Shown here: piece by piece, positions 34,460-47,062 of the stretch
Position numbering within the stretch: position 1 is the stretch's first letter
Layout: each line of letters starts with the position of its first letter
The notes under the pieces: generated by a model
What the model was told of the DNA's origin: nothing
Seen by the model: only the letters and a program-made list of their open reading frames with translations
Database searches by the model: none
Position numbers and translations under genes: made by a program
NCBI GenBank assembly: GCA_015680685.1
Contig: MNCI01003484.1
Span: 1,052,918 to 1,116,917 of the forward strand
Direction: 5' to 3'
DNA from: Gnetum montanum
Taxonomy: Eukaryota > Plantae > Gnetophyta
DNA: 64,000 bases

Positions 34460-37330
34460 CATGATCCCATCCAACAAGAAAGGCATCTAAAGGGAACAAA
34501 GGTTGCCTAAGAGCTAATCCTAGGTTGTTTTTATGATCATAGATGGTATCCAAAAGAGGACCATTGGTAGGTGGATCATCATATCCTAGGAAGAAGTGAC
34601 CTTGAGGAGGAAGGAGTCAACAATAAAAATAGTAGCAATAATAATAATCCCAAGAATAAATAGCCAAAGATACACACTCTATTAAGCCCCTATAGGAGGA
34701 GCCTAATGTGGAATTTCTTAGGTAGATTCCTACTACAGAGAAAGGCTAATCTAGGGAGAATGAGATCTCGAGACCAAGACCTAACTTAGAGGTCAACCTA
34801 ATAGAAACCTACTTGGAAAATATCTAGATCAAAAAGATTTAAAGCTCTATTCCACAGGAGCTAAACTTCAAGCCATTCTTGGAGCTAACACTAGAAGAGG
34901 TATGAACATAGCTATAAGTGTCTCCTCTATAACCCATCCTTTCCAATATTAGGGAATGCTACATGGAAGAAACGTACCTTTTCTAGAACAACCAACAAAG
35001 ATATGCCTTAGTTAAAATCAAAGACATCATCATTTCCTACTCAATTGAGGCTATTGCTAAATCTCTTGGTTTGCTAAACACTATGGAAAAGCTAGTATAA
35101 ATATCCATGTTGGTAGACCTAGAGGCCAAGAAGGAATGGGTCCAATGATGCTATAAAGTAGATTATAAGAAGTACGGTGCCCTAACTAAGGTAAACAAAG
35201 CCTACTTTAATATTGTGGCCTATCACCTTAATCCAATAGTAATTCCAAGCAAGGTTATAACCTTCTTCACCAAGGTATGTATGGCTTTAAGTGAGAAATT
35301 CCTTTTTAACCTACTACAACTCATCTTCCTTGAGATAGAAAAATATTTCAAGGAGAATGAGAAGGATAAGAAGACATTTCCATTTCTATGCCTAATTAGA
35401 AAACTATGTAAAAGGGAAGGAATAGCTCACTATTCTAATGATGTGACCTGCTACACTCCTACTACATCAAGGTAGAAGATGATGAAAAACAAGGTTGCTG
35501 CCAAGCTTCAAGAAGAGGAGAAACCATCACCACCACTACCTATAGCACTAAAGACAATACTAGAAATGCTTGGGGTTTCTAAAAACATAAAGAAAATTTG
35601 AGAGCAATAGCTTCAACAACAAAAAAACATTTGGAAATGATGGAGAATCATCTATGCACTGTCACAAGAACCATCAACTAGTTGGACAGTGAGATGACAC
35701 TGCTATTCTTAGCATAAAGAAACCACACATTCATCTGATCCAATTCTAGTGCTAGAGAAGCTATTGTGTCCAGTCTACAACAAGCATTTCCTAAAATCTT
35801 TGAGAATGTGATAGCTTTCTCTATTATGCTAGAAGAAGGAGAAGGGATGATGGTCTTGGTCATGCCATACAAGGGATAAGAGATAGTGGCAGAGATGATG
35901 GCAGATCAAGTTGGTAAAGCCCTAAATGTTATTGCTGCATCTATACCCAACATTGCTACCATGATATATATACATGCATTAGCAAGAGCAAGGAGTGGAC
36001 AAATAAGTACTACCTAACATGAAGAAGTGTTGGAATGACTAGTGGGAGTTAAGAAATCACTTCCTCATATCTTTGATCTCTTTAATGATATATCAATAAC
36101 CTAGTCACAGCTACTAGAGATGAGGACAAAGTTTTTAATTATCAATGTGCAACACGAGGAGACCATCATTAGCAATTGATGGTTGGCCATTGAGATTACA
36201 AAATTAAACACCTATCTCTTTGATACAATAATTCTAAGGCTAGAGCTAATAAGAGATGAAGATTTTTAGTAGCTTTAGTAAAAATACCAAGAGGGTGAGA
36301 ATGTAAATGAGATGGTGATCTTTGAGGCATCACTATCAGATACCATGCACAACAATACTATTCATGATCTCTTGCAAATTCATAAGGAAAACCTTGTGCC
36401 TAACCATAATAACGATTGCCAACATAATGCTAAGTAGCAAAAATACCAGATGATAGAATATATGCACCAATAGTAGAAAGGCCTTCTAAGGTAAACTTGA
36501 ACCTGATGAGGTTAGCTATAGAAAATAAGAATATCTCTATGGAAGAGGTTTAGATCATTCACGAGAACACTACTATTTAGATTTCCTCATGGAAAAATGA
36601 AGTCCTAAAGTTTGAAAGAGTGAAAATCACTATAATAAAAAGGTTAAAATGCTTAAAGAGATACATGAGAAAGAAATCAAGTTGGCCAAGGAAAAGGTGA
36701 TAGAGGCCATCTAGTAACTCCAATAGCAAGGTGATGCATGGTAGCCTATCTTCAATGAACTCGATGAATACAATCAAGTGGAGATCCACATGAAGGAGTT
36801 GTAAATCAAAAAGATGAGTGAATACATAGAGCTTGCCAACCTTCATTATGAAAACTTGGTAATGCTAAACTTAGGGAGGCTAAGGACTAAGTTGTAAAAG
36901 TAGATGGATAGCACTTACCTCCTTTACAAGCTAGAGTTAAATTTCCATAAGGAGATGAAGCAAATGTTTGAGGTGACCAACATGGAGCTTAAGGTTCTCA
37001 AGAGTAAATTCACAAATCAATGATCTGTTGCTAAGAACCTAGCTAGAAGAATGAGTGACTACTAGAAGTTGAAAAATCTTGTCCATACATTTGACTTTGA
37101 ATGTAAAAAATTTGTAGCCTAGTGTATAAATGTGAAGAAGATGTATCCATCACTTTCATGCTCATGGGATGTTCTAGCACTAGCACATCTAGGTGAAGTA
37201 GCTTGGACCATTCATGACTCATGTGGTAAATAGGAGAAAATGAAGACACTCCTAGATGTCTTTACATTTTTGGTATCAACAATGGTAGTAGCAAGATAGC
37301 CTCAAACATTAATAGGGTTGAGATGTGATG
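34460..37330 (+). pseudogene. env-like accessory ORF of D; ends approximate
   Basis: YHLNPIVIPSKVITFF..FNLLQLIFLEIEK..TFPFLCLIRKLCKREGI (35215-35475), homologous to C. Confidence 0.75.
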
Positions 37331-37594
37331 AAGGATCCTCCATGTCACAGGAGCATCTACCTCCAAGTAGAGTGTGAAGACTTTATATCCTCCATCATTT
37401 GGCTAGGAAACTACCAATTTTTATGACAATAAGTCCAACATTCTTTTTGTAAATTATACAATCTAGTTTTTTTAAATGCCACACTCAAAGATAATTAGTC
37501 AGTTAATAAAATTTCATATATTTTCAAATTTTGTAAGAAACTCGATTTCATTTTTGTTCACTCAAATATGAGTTTTCAGTTAATCGTGGGGGAA

Positions 37595-38457
37595 TGATGA
37601 AGTGTGAATAAGGTAATTGCATTGATTCATGACCATCAACGTAGCTTAGGATGCATTGACATAGATACATCAACATTGACACAAGCATTATCTATATAAA
37701 TGCTTATACCCCTCGCATTTATGGCATCATTTGGTCGTTTCCTTAGCTAAAGTCTTGCAGTTTCTTTCCATAGAAGTTAGAAACATTTTTCCTCTGAGTG
37801 CTTGTAGTGTGACTTGAAGTAATTATGTGACATTTTATTCAAGTGCAATATGTACCTAGACACAATTGCATGAACAACAATAAAAGCAAGATTTCTTTCA
37901 GTCATTATAGCACTTAGATTAGTTTAACTTTCCTTTTGAGCAATTTACTTCAAATAAAATTAACTTTATTATTATTAAATATTAGATATTATAATTTGTC
38001 ATCAATGTGAGTATGATTACTTCCAACATAATATACTAATGCCTGGTAATCCTAGCACTGGATACTTGATTAGCCTAGCAGTAGACACTTGGTAACTTAG
38101 TGGTGTTAATGTATGTTCAAGATGTGTATGGAGAATGGAAATGAATGATCCACATTTGGGATAATTTAGTTAATTCATTAGTTAGTTTAAACATTAAACC
38201 TTCATTTATTTAATCATTTGGTAGACACAAAAAATAATAAAAATTATAAAAAAAATATCTTATGTCCCAATTACACTTAATTATATACATGAGTTAACAC
38301 AAGTGATGATTGGAAAGACAATGATTAATAAACCACAGTTTTCACCATCTAATGATATCAACCACTTAGATAAATATAGTCCATGGAACTTGACCGAATC
38401 ATGTCTATACACTAGTGATTTCTATGGTTGGGCATAAGGCATAGCCACTACTCATCA
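37595..38457 (+). repeat. 3' LTR of D (~863 bp)
   Basis: TGATGA..CTCATCA termini, preceded by the PPT; 3' end similar to the LTRs of A and C. Confidence 0.85.
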
Positions 38458-41380
38458 ATAGGTATTAATGTAACTGGGTTACTGAGTTTTCACTATTGGA
38501 TGTACCAAGTGTTCACTACTAGGATTACCAAACTCTAATTTATTATGCTTGAAGTAGCTATGCTCTTGCTTATTTATTTAAGTACTATATAATAAAATAC
38601 TTAATTAATAACATGAAAAAGAAAATGAACATTAATAGTAAAATGTAAGAAAAATAATCATACTGCCAATTTAAGTGCTACAATGGAGGAAATAAATCTT
38701 ATTTTTATTACCATCATGCACATGTGGCTAGGTGCATAATGTACTTGAATAAAATTCTGTACAACTGATTTAATTAATAATGTTGGTGTTCATAGGAGAA
38801 ACATTCTAACTTTTATAATGTAAAAATGCAAGAATATAGCTAAGGGAGTCATCAAATGATGCCATAAACATAATGAGTGCATGTATTTATATAGGCAAAG
38901 ATAGAGACTAAGTCAACATTTATGTGTTGGCACATCAAAGGATATATCGACGCATATATGTCAGCAAGGTTTCATTGATGCATTCTTGTTAATACAACTA
39001 ACTAATTTTATTGTTCATCATATCCCCATGACTAACTAAAAGCCTAGTTTTAACTAAATAACAAAGGGATTGACTCGATAACAAAATTTGGAAAGTACAA
39101 GATTGACTAACTAACTGACTAATTACAACATGAGTGTTATAAGGTATAAAATTAAATAATGTTGATGCTCTAGATGGTTCTAGGTGGTATTCGCTCTTGT
39201 GGCTCTAGTGCTTGCTTTTCCTACCTTGGTTCTACTAGTCTTGGCTATCACATTTTTACTATTGCTACTTCCAAAAATTGAAAGGAATTCAATAGTACCT
39301 TCATCTTATCCTTCTCGCTTCTAGGATCATTGAAACTTTAGGCAACATCACCTAGATTTGATGATGTTAATACATTTTAAGGGAAAGACAAAGCAGAGAA
39401 TAGCTCTTTGGTGTTAATGACCCATGCTACAAATTCCTTACATTTGATGTTGAATGCTTACATAGTGTTGTGTAGCTCTTGATGGTCTATCATCCTCTTA
39501 GCTAGGTTCTTTGTGATAGATCATTAATCTTCAAATTTCTCCTTGAGAATATCAAGCTTTATATAAGCAACTTCTAGTTTTTTCTTAGTGTCTTTGTTGA
39601 GTTTGAACTTAGCCTCATATGAGAGGTATGAACTAGATACCTAGTATTCCAAGTCTGACCATGTCCATTTAGTAATCAACATTGCCAAGTTTGTGTAACA
39701 AAGGCTAGAAAGTTTCATGTAATTTTTCATCTCTTTAATTTATATCTCCTTCATGTGAATTTCCACTTGATTGTACATATTCATCTCATCAAAGATACGT
39801 TTTCATTCATCTTCTCATTGCTAGAGCTACTAAAGGGCATCGTCCATCTTTGTCTTAGCTAATTGGAACTCCTTCTTATTCACCTTTATCATGCTAATTT
39901 AGTCCTTGTAAGGATAGTTCATCTCTTCATATTTCAAGGCCTCATTCTTTTAGGTGGTGATCTCAATGGCTATCTTCTATCTTATAGTCCATATCTCCTC
40001 CATTAAAAGATTTCAATTTTTAACTACTAATTGTTTAAGAACTTTATTTACTTTGGTTCATTACTCTTTCTAGTGCTTAAGGTATTCTTCCTAATTGTTC
40101 CTTCTACTTCTCTATCTTAAGTAATATCTAATTCTACTTGGTTAGGTTCTTATTCTCATGGCACAATTAGATGAGATTATTATTTATGATATGCAGCATT
40201 GCATCTAATAATGTTGCATCCTAGACAACGTTTTTTCTTCTTCTCCAACCTTGCTTTGTATTTCCTAAAGCTTTTGGAAAGATTCATTCCATAAATTTTT
40301 GGTCAAAGAATGGTTGGATCTGACAAGAGGGCTCTTAGTTTAGTAACCTTGGCTACTAACTCTTGATTAATGTTGGTAGCCTCTTCAAGTTGCACTTTTG
40401 CTATTAGAAGCTTATCCCTTATTTTCAGAAATTCAAACTCAGTAGCTAATATGTCTTCTAGAATATCAAACATTGCTAGAATCAATTATCTAGTATTCAT
40501 CAATCTTTTTGGTACTTTCTTATGATACACTATAGTGATTCCCCTAGATTTGATTTCAATAGATACTTGGATGTTTGCAATAGTAGTAATGTTGGGCATA
40601 GGTGTCATAGGAACCTTTAGTGCTCTGTCTATCCTATTTATCATCACCTTTATTATTGTCTCCTACTTCTTATGTGGCATGATAACCACTGTGACACCTT
40701 TTTCTTCTTCTAATAACATAGAGGAATCTATGGCATTGCTTAAAATTTTGAGAACTTATCTTCTGGTAGAAATATTGTAATAACTCATATGGTAGGGTTA
40801 GCATAAATAGTGGCTTGGTGTCTTATGTGAAGGATAGCTTTTTCAAATTATTTGATGGTTAGCTAATGATCCTTGTGACCTTGTTGAGCTAACTCATGGT
40901 TGAGCAATAGGTAGATGGCTCACCATCACCAAATGCTTGTTGTTATTATTGCTTCCTTCCCTACTATAGGTGTTCTTCCATACTTGATTTTCCTTAGTTG
41001 GTGATGGTAGTGATGCCTTCTCTTAAAACTTGAAGAGGATCTCTTCCTTTATTATTTCCTACCATGATATAGTAGGAGATCTTAAATGCATATTATCAAC
41101 ATAGCAAGTAATTTCTCCTCTTTTACACAATTTTCATATTAAGTAGAAAAACGAGATTGTCTTCCTATTTTTCTCATTCTCCTTGAATTTCTTCTCAATT
41201 TCCAAGAACATTAGTTGAGGTAGGTTGGTAGGAAATTTCTTACTAATAGCTACACATGTCTTGGAAAAAAACAATGTGATGTTACTCGGTGATATCAATG
41301 GATTAAGGTGATACTCTACTATCTTTAAGTATATTTTCTTAGCCTTGGTAAGAACACCATACTACTTATGGTTAACTAAA
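38458..41380 (-). mobile_element. Athila-like element E remnant: part of the 3' LTR (38458-39020), PPT and degenerate env-like ORF (~39230-41375)
   Basis: Reverse-complement homology to the C and D LTRs and env-like ORFs; TTCATCA at 39020 is followed by the reverse-complement PPT TATCCCCATGACT. Confidence 0.8.
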
Positions 41381-44105
41381 ATTTTCTCTGCCTTGGTAAA
41401 ACTAAAACTAAAATTGAAACTGAAATTTTATTATGTTCATAGATCCTTTAAATCCATTGGATAATAGAAATGTACATGTTATGAGTTTTGAAAACATCAT
41501 TAAGAAAATTATTAAGTATTCTTAGTAACATTTAAAATAAATAAACAAAATCTACAACTATAATATTAATACCCATATATATCTAATGTGCTTAAATGTA
41601 GGACATTGTAGGAAAATGTGATAATCATCTTGATTACTATTTGTACTATATAATTGACATATTCATTCTTCAGGAGGATTTTGAGCAATCTACTTATTTC
41701 AATTTTTAGATGATGAGATTTAATTCATTCTTTACTAATTATGTATTGAAAATAATGAAGAATAGTAGTAGATAAATAATTTTCCTATGAATTAAGATCT
41801 CTACTAATACTATTCAAATAATTTTTTTTACTTCTATATTTTCCTAAAGTTTTTGAAATATTCCTTATTTTAACAATTTACAAACTTGCTAAGGATTAAA
41901 ATAAATAATATATTCATGAATATTCTATTTATCAAATCATAAAACTTTCTCATGATGCCATTTTTATCATGAATTTTCATCATCACTTTTTTGTAGTATT
42001 TGTCCAATGAGAATTCAAAAAGATTATGAGTGTAGGCTATAAATTGCAAATAATTTCAACTTCTAAGCATATCACCTCTACTTCAAGAAGTATAATATCG
42101 TATTATGTTTGTCTCTTCACTTTGAATTTATTAATTAGGATAGTCTTCTAAATTTCTTCTCTCTATTTCAAATATTTATTTGATAGGATATAACCCTAAA
42201 CAACACATCCATTAAGAGTAGTAGATTGAACAATGACATGAAAAAGTTATTTTTTCATACCCTAGGTTAGAATACGTTCCTTAAATTTTCTTTATACAGT
42301 AAATAAGGCTTTCATACTGCTTGTAATTCTTTAGGTAATACACTATCCCATTTTTAATTGCAAGAGCAATCTAGGCTAACATTTTTAAAAGAAACTTATG
42401 TTTACATATTCATGTCCTATGGTAAAATTATACATGTTATTAGCTTAGTTGTATATTTACAATATATATCTATAATTTAATTGAGAGAATCTTGCAAGTA
42501 AGTTGAATTTTATTTTTTATAATATATTGAAAATTATCAAAGTTACCATTTTATTAGATTTAGTGTATTCCGTAATAATTTTGGTTAGATCATTATGATT
42601 GAATTATGAGAAGTATTATTATTTTCCATGTATATTTTCCTTGTTCTTCCAAATTTCATTTCCTCTACATTGCAATACGAGGACATAAACATAGAAGTTG
42701 CAAATCACTTAGAGCAAATATATTAGTGTTATGGATGAAATATTATTTAGAGATATTTATAAGCTCTCTTTGGAGTGTTATGAACAAAATATTATTTAGC
42801 ATTACTAATAAGCTCCCCTAAGCATTATCAATCCCCTAAGCATTATTGATGGAATAATATTTAGCACTATCAATCTACTATTAATAGTTAGCCTCTTGGA
42901 TAAAATTTCATGTTCCTTCTTGTAAGTAACTATATTAGAGTACATTTTATTATAACCCTTCTACTTGTTCCACTTTCTTAATAGCTATTGATAAGCTATT
43001 CTAATGGTTCCATGCATATGTCTAATAATTTTGATCCTTCTTCAACAAGTCAATTTATATTCTCTTATACTATGATTATAGAATACACATATTATCATAC
43101 ATCTAGTTATTTTACACATTTGTTACATGTGTTGGGTTAGGTTGTAGATTTTTTAACTTAGATTCTTCTCACAAAGTTGCATCCAAATTCACTGTAAGAT
43201 ATTTATGGAACTTTTTTCCATTTTATTACTCTATGGTTATGTAACACCTCTATTTTATAACCCTTAATCTTGGTATGTGAACTATCTAATCCATGTGTGA
43301 GTTGATTGAATACTATATAGTTATGTTGATGCCATTATTTAAGATGTATATGATGATTAATGTTGGTTCCCTTAGTTACTATGATGTAATGTATGATGGT
43401 GATAACTTGTGCTTTGAGAATACTTTTAATATCATGTTAATAATTCTCAATATGCAGTTCAATCATGAGGAGGTTTATATGTTTTAAATATTAACCATTA
43501 GATTTTTCTAGTTAAATTATGCTAGTTATATACTTATGATTATAATTTTCAATTCATATGTATATTAATACCATTAGATTTTGTAACCAAGGATCATGAT
43601 GTTGGGGAAGTAACAGAATTAGGGAATAATTCATCAAGAATAATGGATGTGATGATATGTTAGTTATGTATGTGATCCATATGTTTTATTGTTGTTACAT
43701 GTGACTAGTTAGTATGATTTTATGGGGTTGGCTTGATTCTTTAAATATTAGAAATGATGGGATTTGAACTTGTAATCTATGAGTGCTAGTTTTATCTTAT
43801 TTAGAATTAATGTTTTCTTCTATTTTAAAAGAAGTTACTTTTTTATGGATTTTATTAGGAATCACATATTTATATTTAAAAAGGATGTTATCTAACCCTT
43901 AGAAATAGTAAAAATACATTTTGGATAGTGAAACTGTTAGTTGGGTGTTACGATGGAAAATCTCAATGGTTGGAAAAAACCAAGGATTCTTAGTTACAAG
44001 AAACCTCAACCCCAAATCCCCTAGGACTTTCACAAGAAAAATGGAATTTAGGGTGCCCTATATGGTCTAGCAGATCACCCAAGGACTTAGAATGGGGGGG
44101 CGGGG

Positions 44106-44554
44106 NNNNNNNNNNNNNNNNNNNNNNNNNNNNNNNNNNNNNNNNNNNNNNNNNNNNNNNNNNNNNNNNNNNNNNNNNNNNNNNNNNNNNNNNNNNNNNN
44201 NNNNNNNNNNNNNNNNNNNNNNNNNNNNNNNNNNNNNNNNNNNNNNNNNNNNNNNNNNNNNNNNNNNNNNNNNNNNNNNNNNNNNNNNNNNNNNNNNNNN
44301 NNNNNNNNNNNNNNNNNNNNNNNNNNNNNNNNNNNNNNNNNNNNNNNNNNNNNNNNNNNNNNNNNNNNNNNNNNNNNNNNNNNNNNNNNNNNNNNNNNNN
44401 NNNNNNNNNNNNNNNNNNNNNNNNNNNNNNNNNNNNNNNNNNNNNNNNNNNNNNNNNNNNNNNNNNNNNNNNNNNNNNNNNNNNNNNNNNNNNNNNNNNN
44501 NNNNNNNNNNNNNNNNNNNNNNNNNNNNNNNNNNNNNNNNNNNNNNNNNNNNNN
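44106..44554. other. Assembly gap (N)
   Basis: 449 N flanked by G-runs. Confidence 1.
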
Positions 44555-45563
44555 GGCGGGTGGTTGGTGGGGTGGGGGGTGTGTGCAAAATAGGGGTAAC
44601 AAAGCAAGAAGATGCAAATCTATAAACTAATGCACTAAAAAAATAACAATTATCTCTAGGATTGTACATAAAATGAAATCATAAACTTTATTGAATAAAT
44701 AAAGAATGAATTCGAAGTTGTGTACAAATTTGATGTCCAAGAGAAGGGCAAAGGGGTGTTCACTTGGGTAGAGGTTTAGAGCCCATTGAAGTCATGATCA
44801 ACTTCATGATCCAGTATCTTTGACACTCCTAATGCTATCAAACCTCCTTTGTCACCACCTTAGATCTACAACGTTGGTTATTGCTAGGGTTAGGAAAATG
44901 TAAAGGATTGGGGTGGCCAAAGTGCACCATACTAGGATTTAGGGATCCCAGGGGGTAATGTTGACACCCAAAATTCACAAATCCAAAAGGGGAGGGGTAA
45001 CAGGTTGGAAAGGTTCCACACTACTAGGCTCCAAGAATCTTTGTTTCTACTAAGAAAGTAATAGGTCTTGGATGCCAAAAATCCAAGGATGCTAAATTAC
45101 AAAAGTGTGGAACCTTAACATGGTGCCAGGGTTTGGTTTTTATAGGGTTGTGGCCATGATTGGGGTTGCAAATTGGCTACAAATGGCTGATTGATTGGCT
45201 GTAAATTGGCTACTAAATTACTAAAAATTAGCTGCCATGTTCAAGGGGGGTAGGTGAGATCCACCCACATGCATTCTAACTATTTGGCCCCTCCATGATG
45301 TCTGACCCCCTCTCTGCTAGTTGGCTAAGCCCCTTCCACTAGGGGAAGAGTGTCAACATTGAGGGGAGATGGGAGGTCAACATTGGGGATGAAGGTCAAC
45401 CCCTCCAAGCTAGTTCATCCTCCTTTCCACATTGGGCATAGGTGAGTTCCACCCCCTTGCACTCCTCCATGCTGGTCTTAAAGTCTCCTAGCTTGCTTAG
45501 CCCCCTACAGGGGGTGTGTTAGTGTAGAAAAATGTGTACCTCACCCCCAAGCCGCGCCCCCCC

Positions 45564-45698
45564 NNNNNNNNNNNNNNNNNNNNNNNNNNNNNNNNNNNNN
45601 NNNNNNNNNNNNNNNNNNNNNNNNNNNNNNNNNNNNNNNNNNNNNNNNNNNNNNNNNNNNNNNNNNNNNNNNNNNNNNNNNNNNNNNNNNNNNNNNNN
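45564..45698. other. Assembly gap (N)
   Basis: 135 N flanked by C-runs. Confidence 1.
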
Positions 45699-46914
45699 CC
45701 CCCAAGCCCATAAAATTTCCATTTTTGATATTCCAAAAGGCATTTTTGACTCCCCCAAGGCCAAATATAGACATTAGGTGATTTTTTCACTTGGGGAATG
45801 AGGCTTTGGTCACTTATAAAGCATTATTTAGCTCCAAAAGTATGAAACATGTGAGATTGCCCCTTTATGTGTTACAACCCTCACATTTACAATAAAATAT
45901 TACCTTAGGTTTCATGGGATGGGATTACAAAGGTTTTAACATACAAATTTGGTGGTGTTTCATTGGTCCCTTTCTGTTGGTATCTAGAGGATTAACCCAA
46001 GAGGAATTGACAAAGATTCCAAAACACCACTGTAGGTCCATCATTAACATTCCCTCTACGTGGTTGATCCAGTTGTGTTGAACCATGTCGAAGAGTGCTA
46101 GTGATGATGGGATTGGGCTATGATCAAGGAGTGGTAATGGTAATTAGGAAGATGGTCATGGAGGTTAACAATGTATTCCAAGTGTTGCCACCATGGGTGT
46201 AGCATGGTACTCACATGTTTTGAAGTGTTGGTCATTCGAAAAATGTGTTTGAGGAACCAACCACTTCGCTCCCAAATTTCTTCAGCCATTGAGCTTCGAG
46301 GCTTCTTTGGCCATTTGGATCCTTAGCAAGTTGCTTCCCCTGTTGCTATTTTTCTTTTTTTCATGGGGTGAAACCTTCATTGGGTTTCATTACCAAGGCC
46401 ATTTTGACATAGTTTTCCCCTTAAGTGAGTTGTGTTACACTCAACAAACTTGAGAGTTATCCCATTGAATGAGATGTGTCATACTTAATGGACTTAATGG
46501 AAATTTTCACTAAATGAATTATGTTGCATTCAAGTGGACCTGAGGATGGAGCATGCTGAGGACATATCATATGGCTATAGTGCATGAGTAGAAAACATAG
46601 GCCAACATTGTTTCTTGAGGTATGGAAGGCTATAATCAAGTTACAAGGCTTGGGTCAAGGAGTAGTATCAGAGGAAGGTTGATGGTACAAGTACTCTTAA
46701 CATAACAAGAAAACTCATAAAATCTTGCGTATCGAGGTCACATGGTGATTTGCTACTGTAATAAGTTGCACCCTTGTGATGACTTTAGGCTTCATCTTAC
46801 AAACACAACTCCAAGAGGACAAGAAAACCAAGCAAATAAAGCATGTTACAACATTACAATGCATATATAGGCCGCATGAAGAATAAAACCAAGCTACCCA
46901 TGTAACCAATGTTG

Positions 46915-47030
46915 CTAGTTTAAGGTTGTGGTGGGCCATGGTACCAATTTAAGGCCCTATCAAGCCATGGTGTTACCAATTTTAGACCCTGGAAGGCCGT
47001 GTTATCGATTTAAGGCCTCAGAAAGCCACT
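46915..47030 (-). repeat. Hairpin-unit array just after the B2 integrase stop (4 units, ~30 bp)
   Basis: AGTTTAAGGTT-N6-GGCC, AATTTAAGGCC-N6-AGCC, AATTTTAGACC-N6-GGCC, GATTTAAGGCC-N6-AGCC. Confidence 0.75.
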
Positions 47031-47062
47031 TTATAGTAGGCTTTCTTGTTGATGATCATCAA

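Larger units (their letters stand above)
28510..38457 (+). mobile_element. Athila-like element D, 3' part (gag tail, PR, RT, RH, INT, env-like ORF, PPT, 3' LTR); interrupted by C and by a SIRE element
   Basis: Collinear homology with C from the gag tail onward; PPT AATCGTGGGGGAA at 37582-37594; LTR 37595-38457. Confidence 0.87.
43946..45962 (-). repeat. Probable 3' LTR of B2 (contains two N gaps)
   Basis: The right end matches the B1 LTR terminus (minus TGAAACACCAC.AAATTT) and follows the purine-rich CAGAAAGGGACCAA. The left end is inferred only from a composition shift and TG. Confidence 0.5.

Noticed and set aside
43990-45790. ORFs spanning poly-X (also 51056-51652)
   Set aside because: Artefacts of N gaps.
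43946-45876. Independent solo LTR TGTTAC..GTTACA
   Set aside because: The flanks TTGGG and ACCCT are not a TSD, and the B-type terminus at 45962 explains the region better, though this is not fully excluded.
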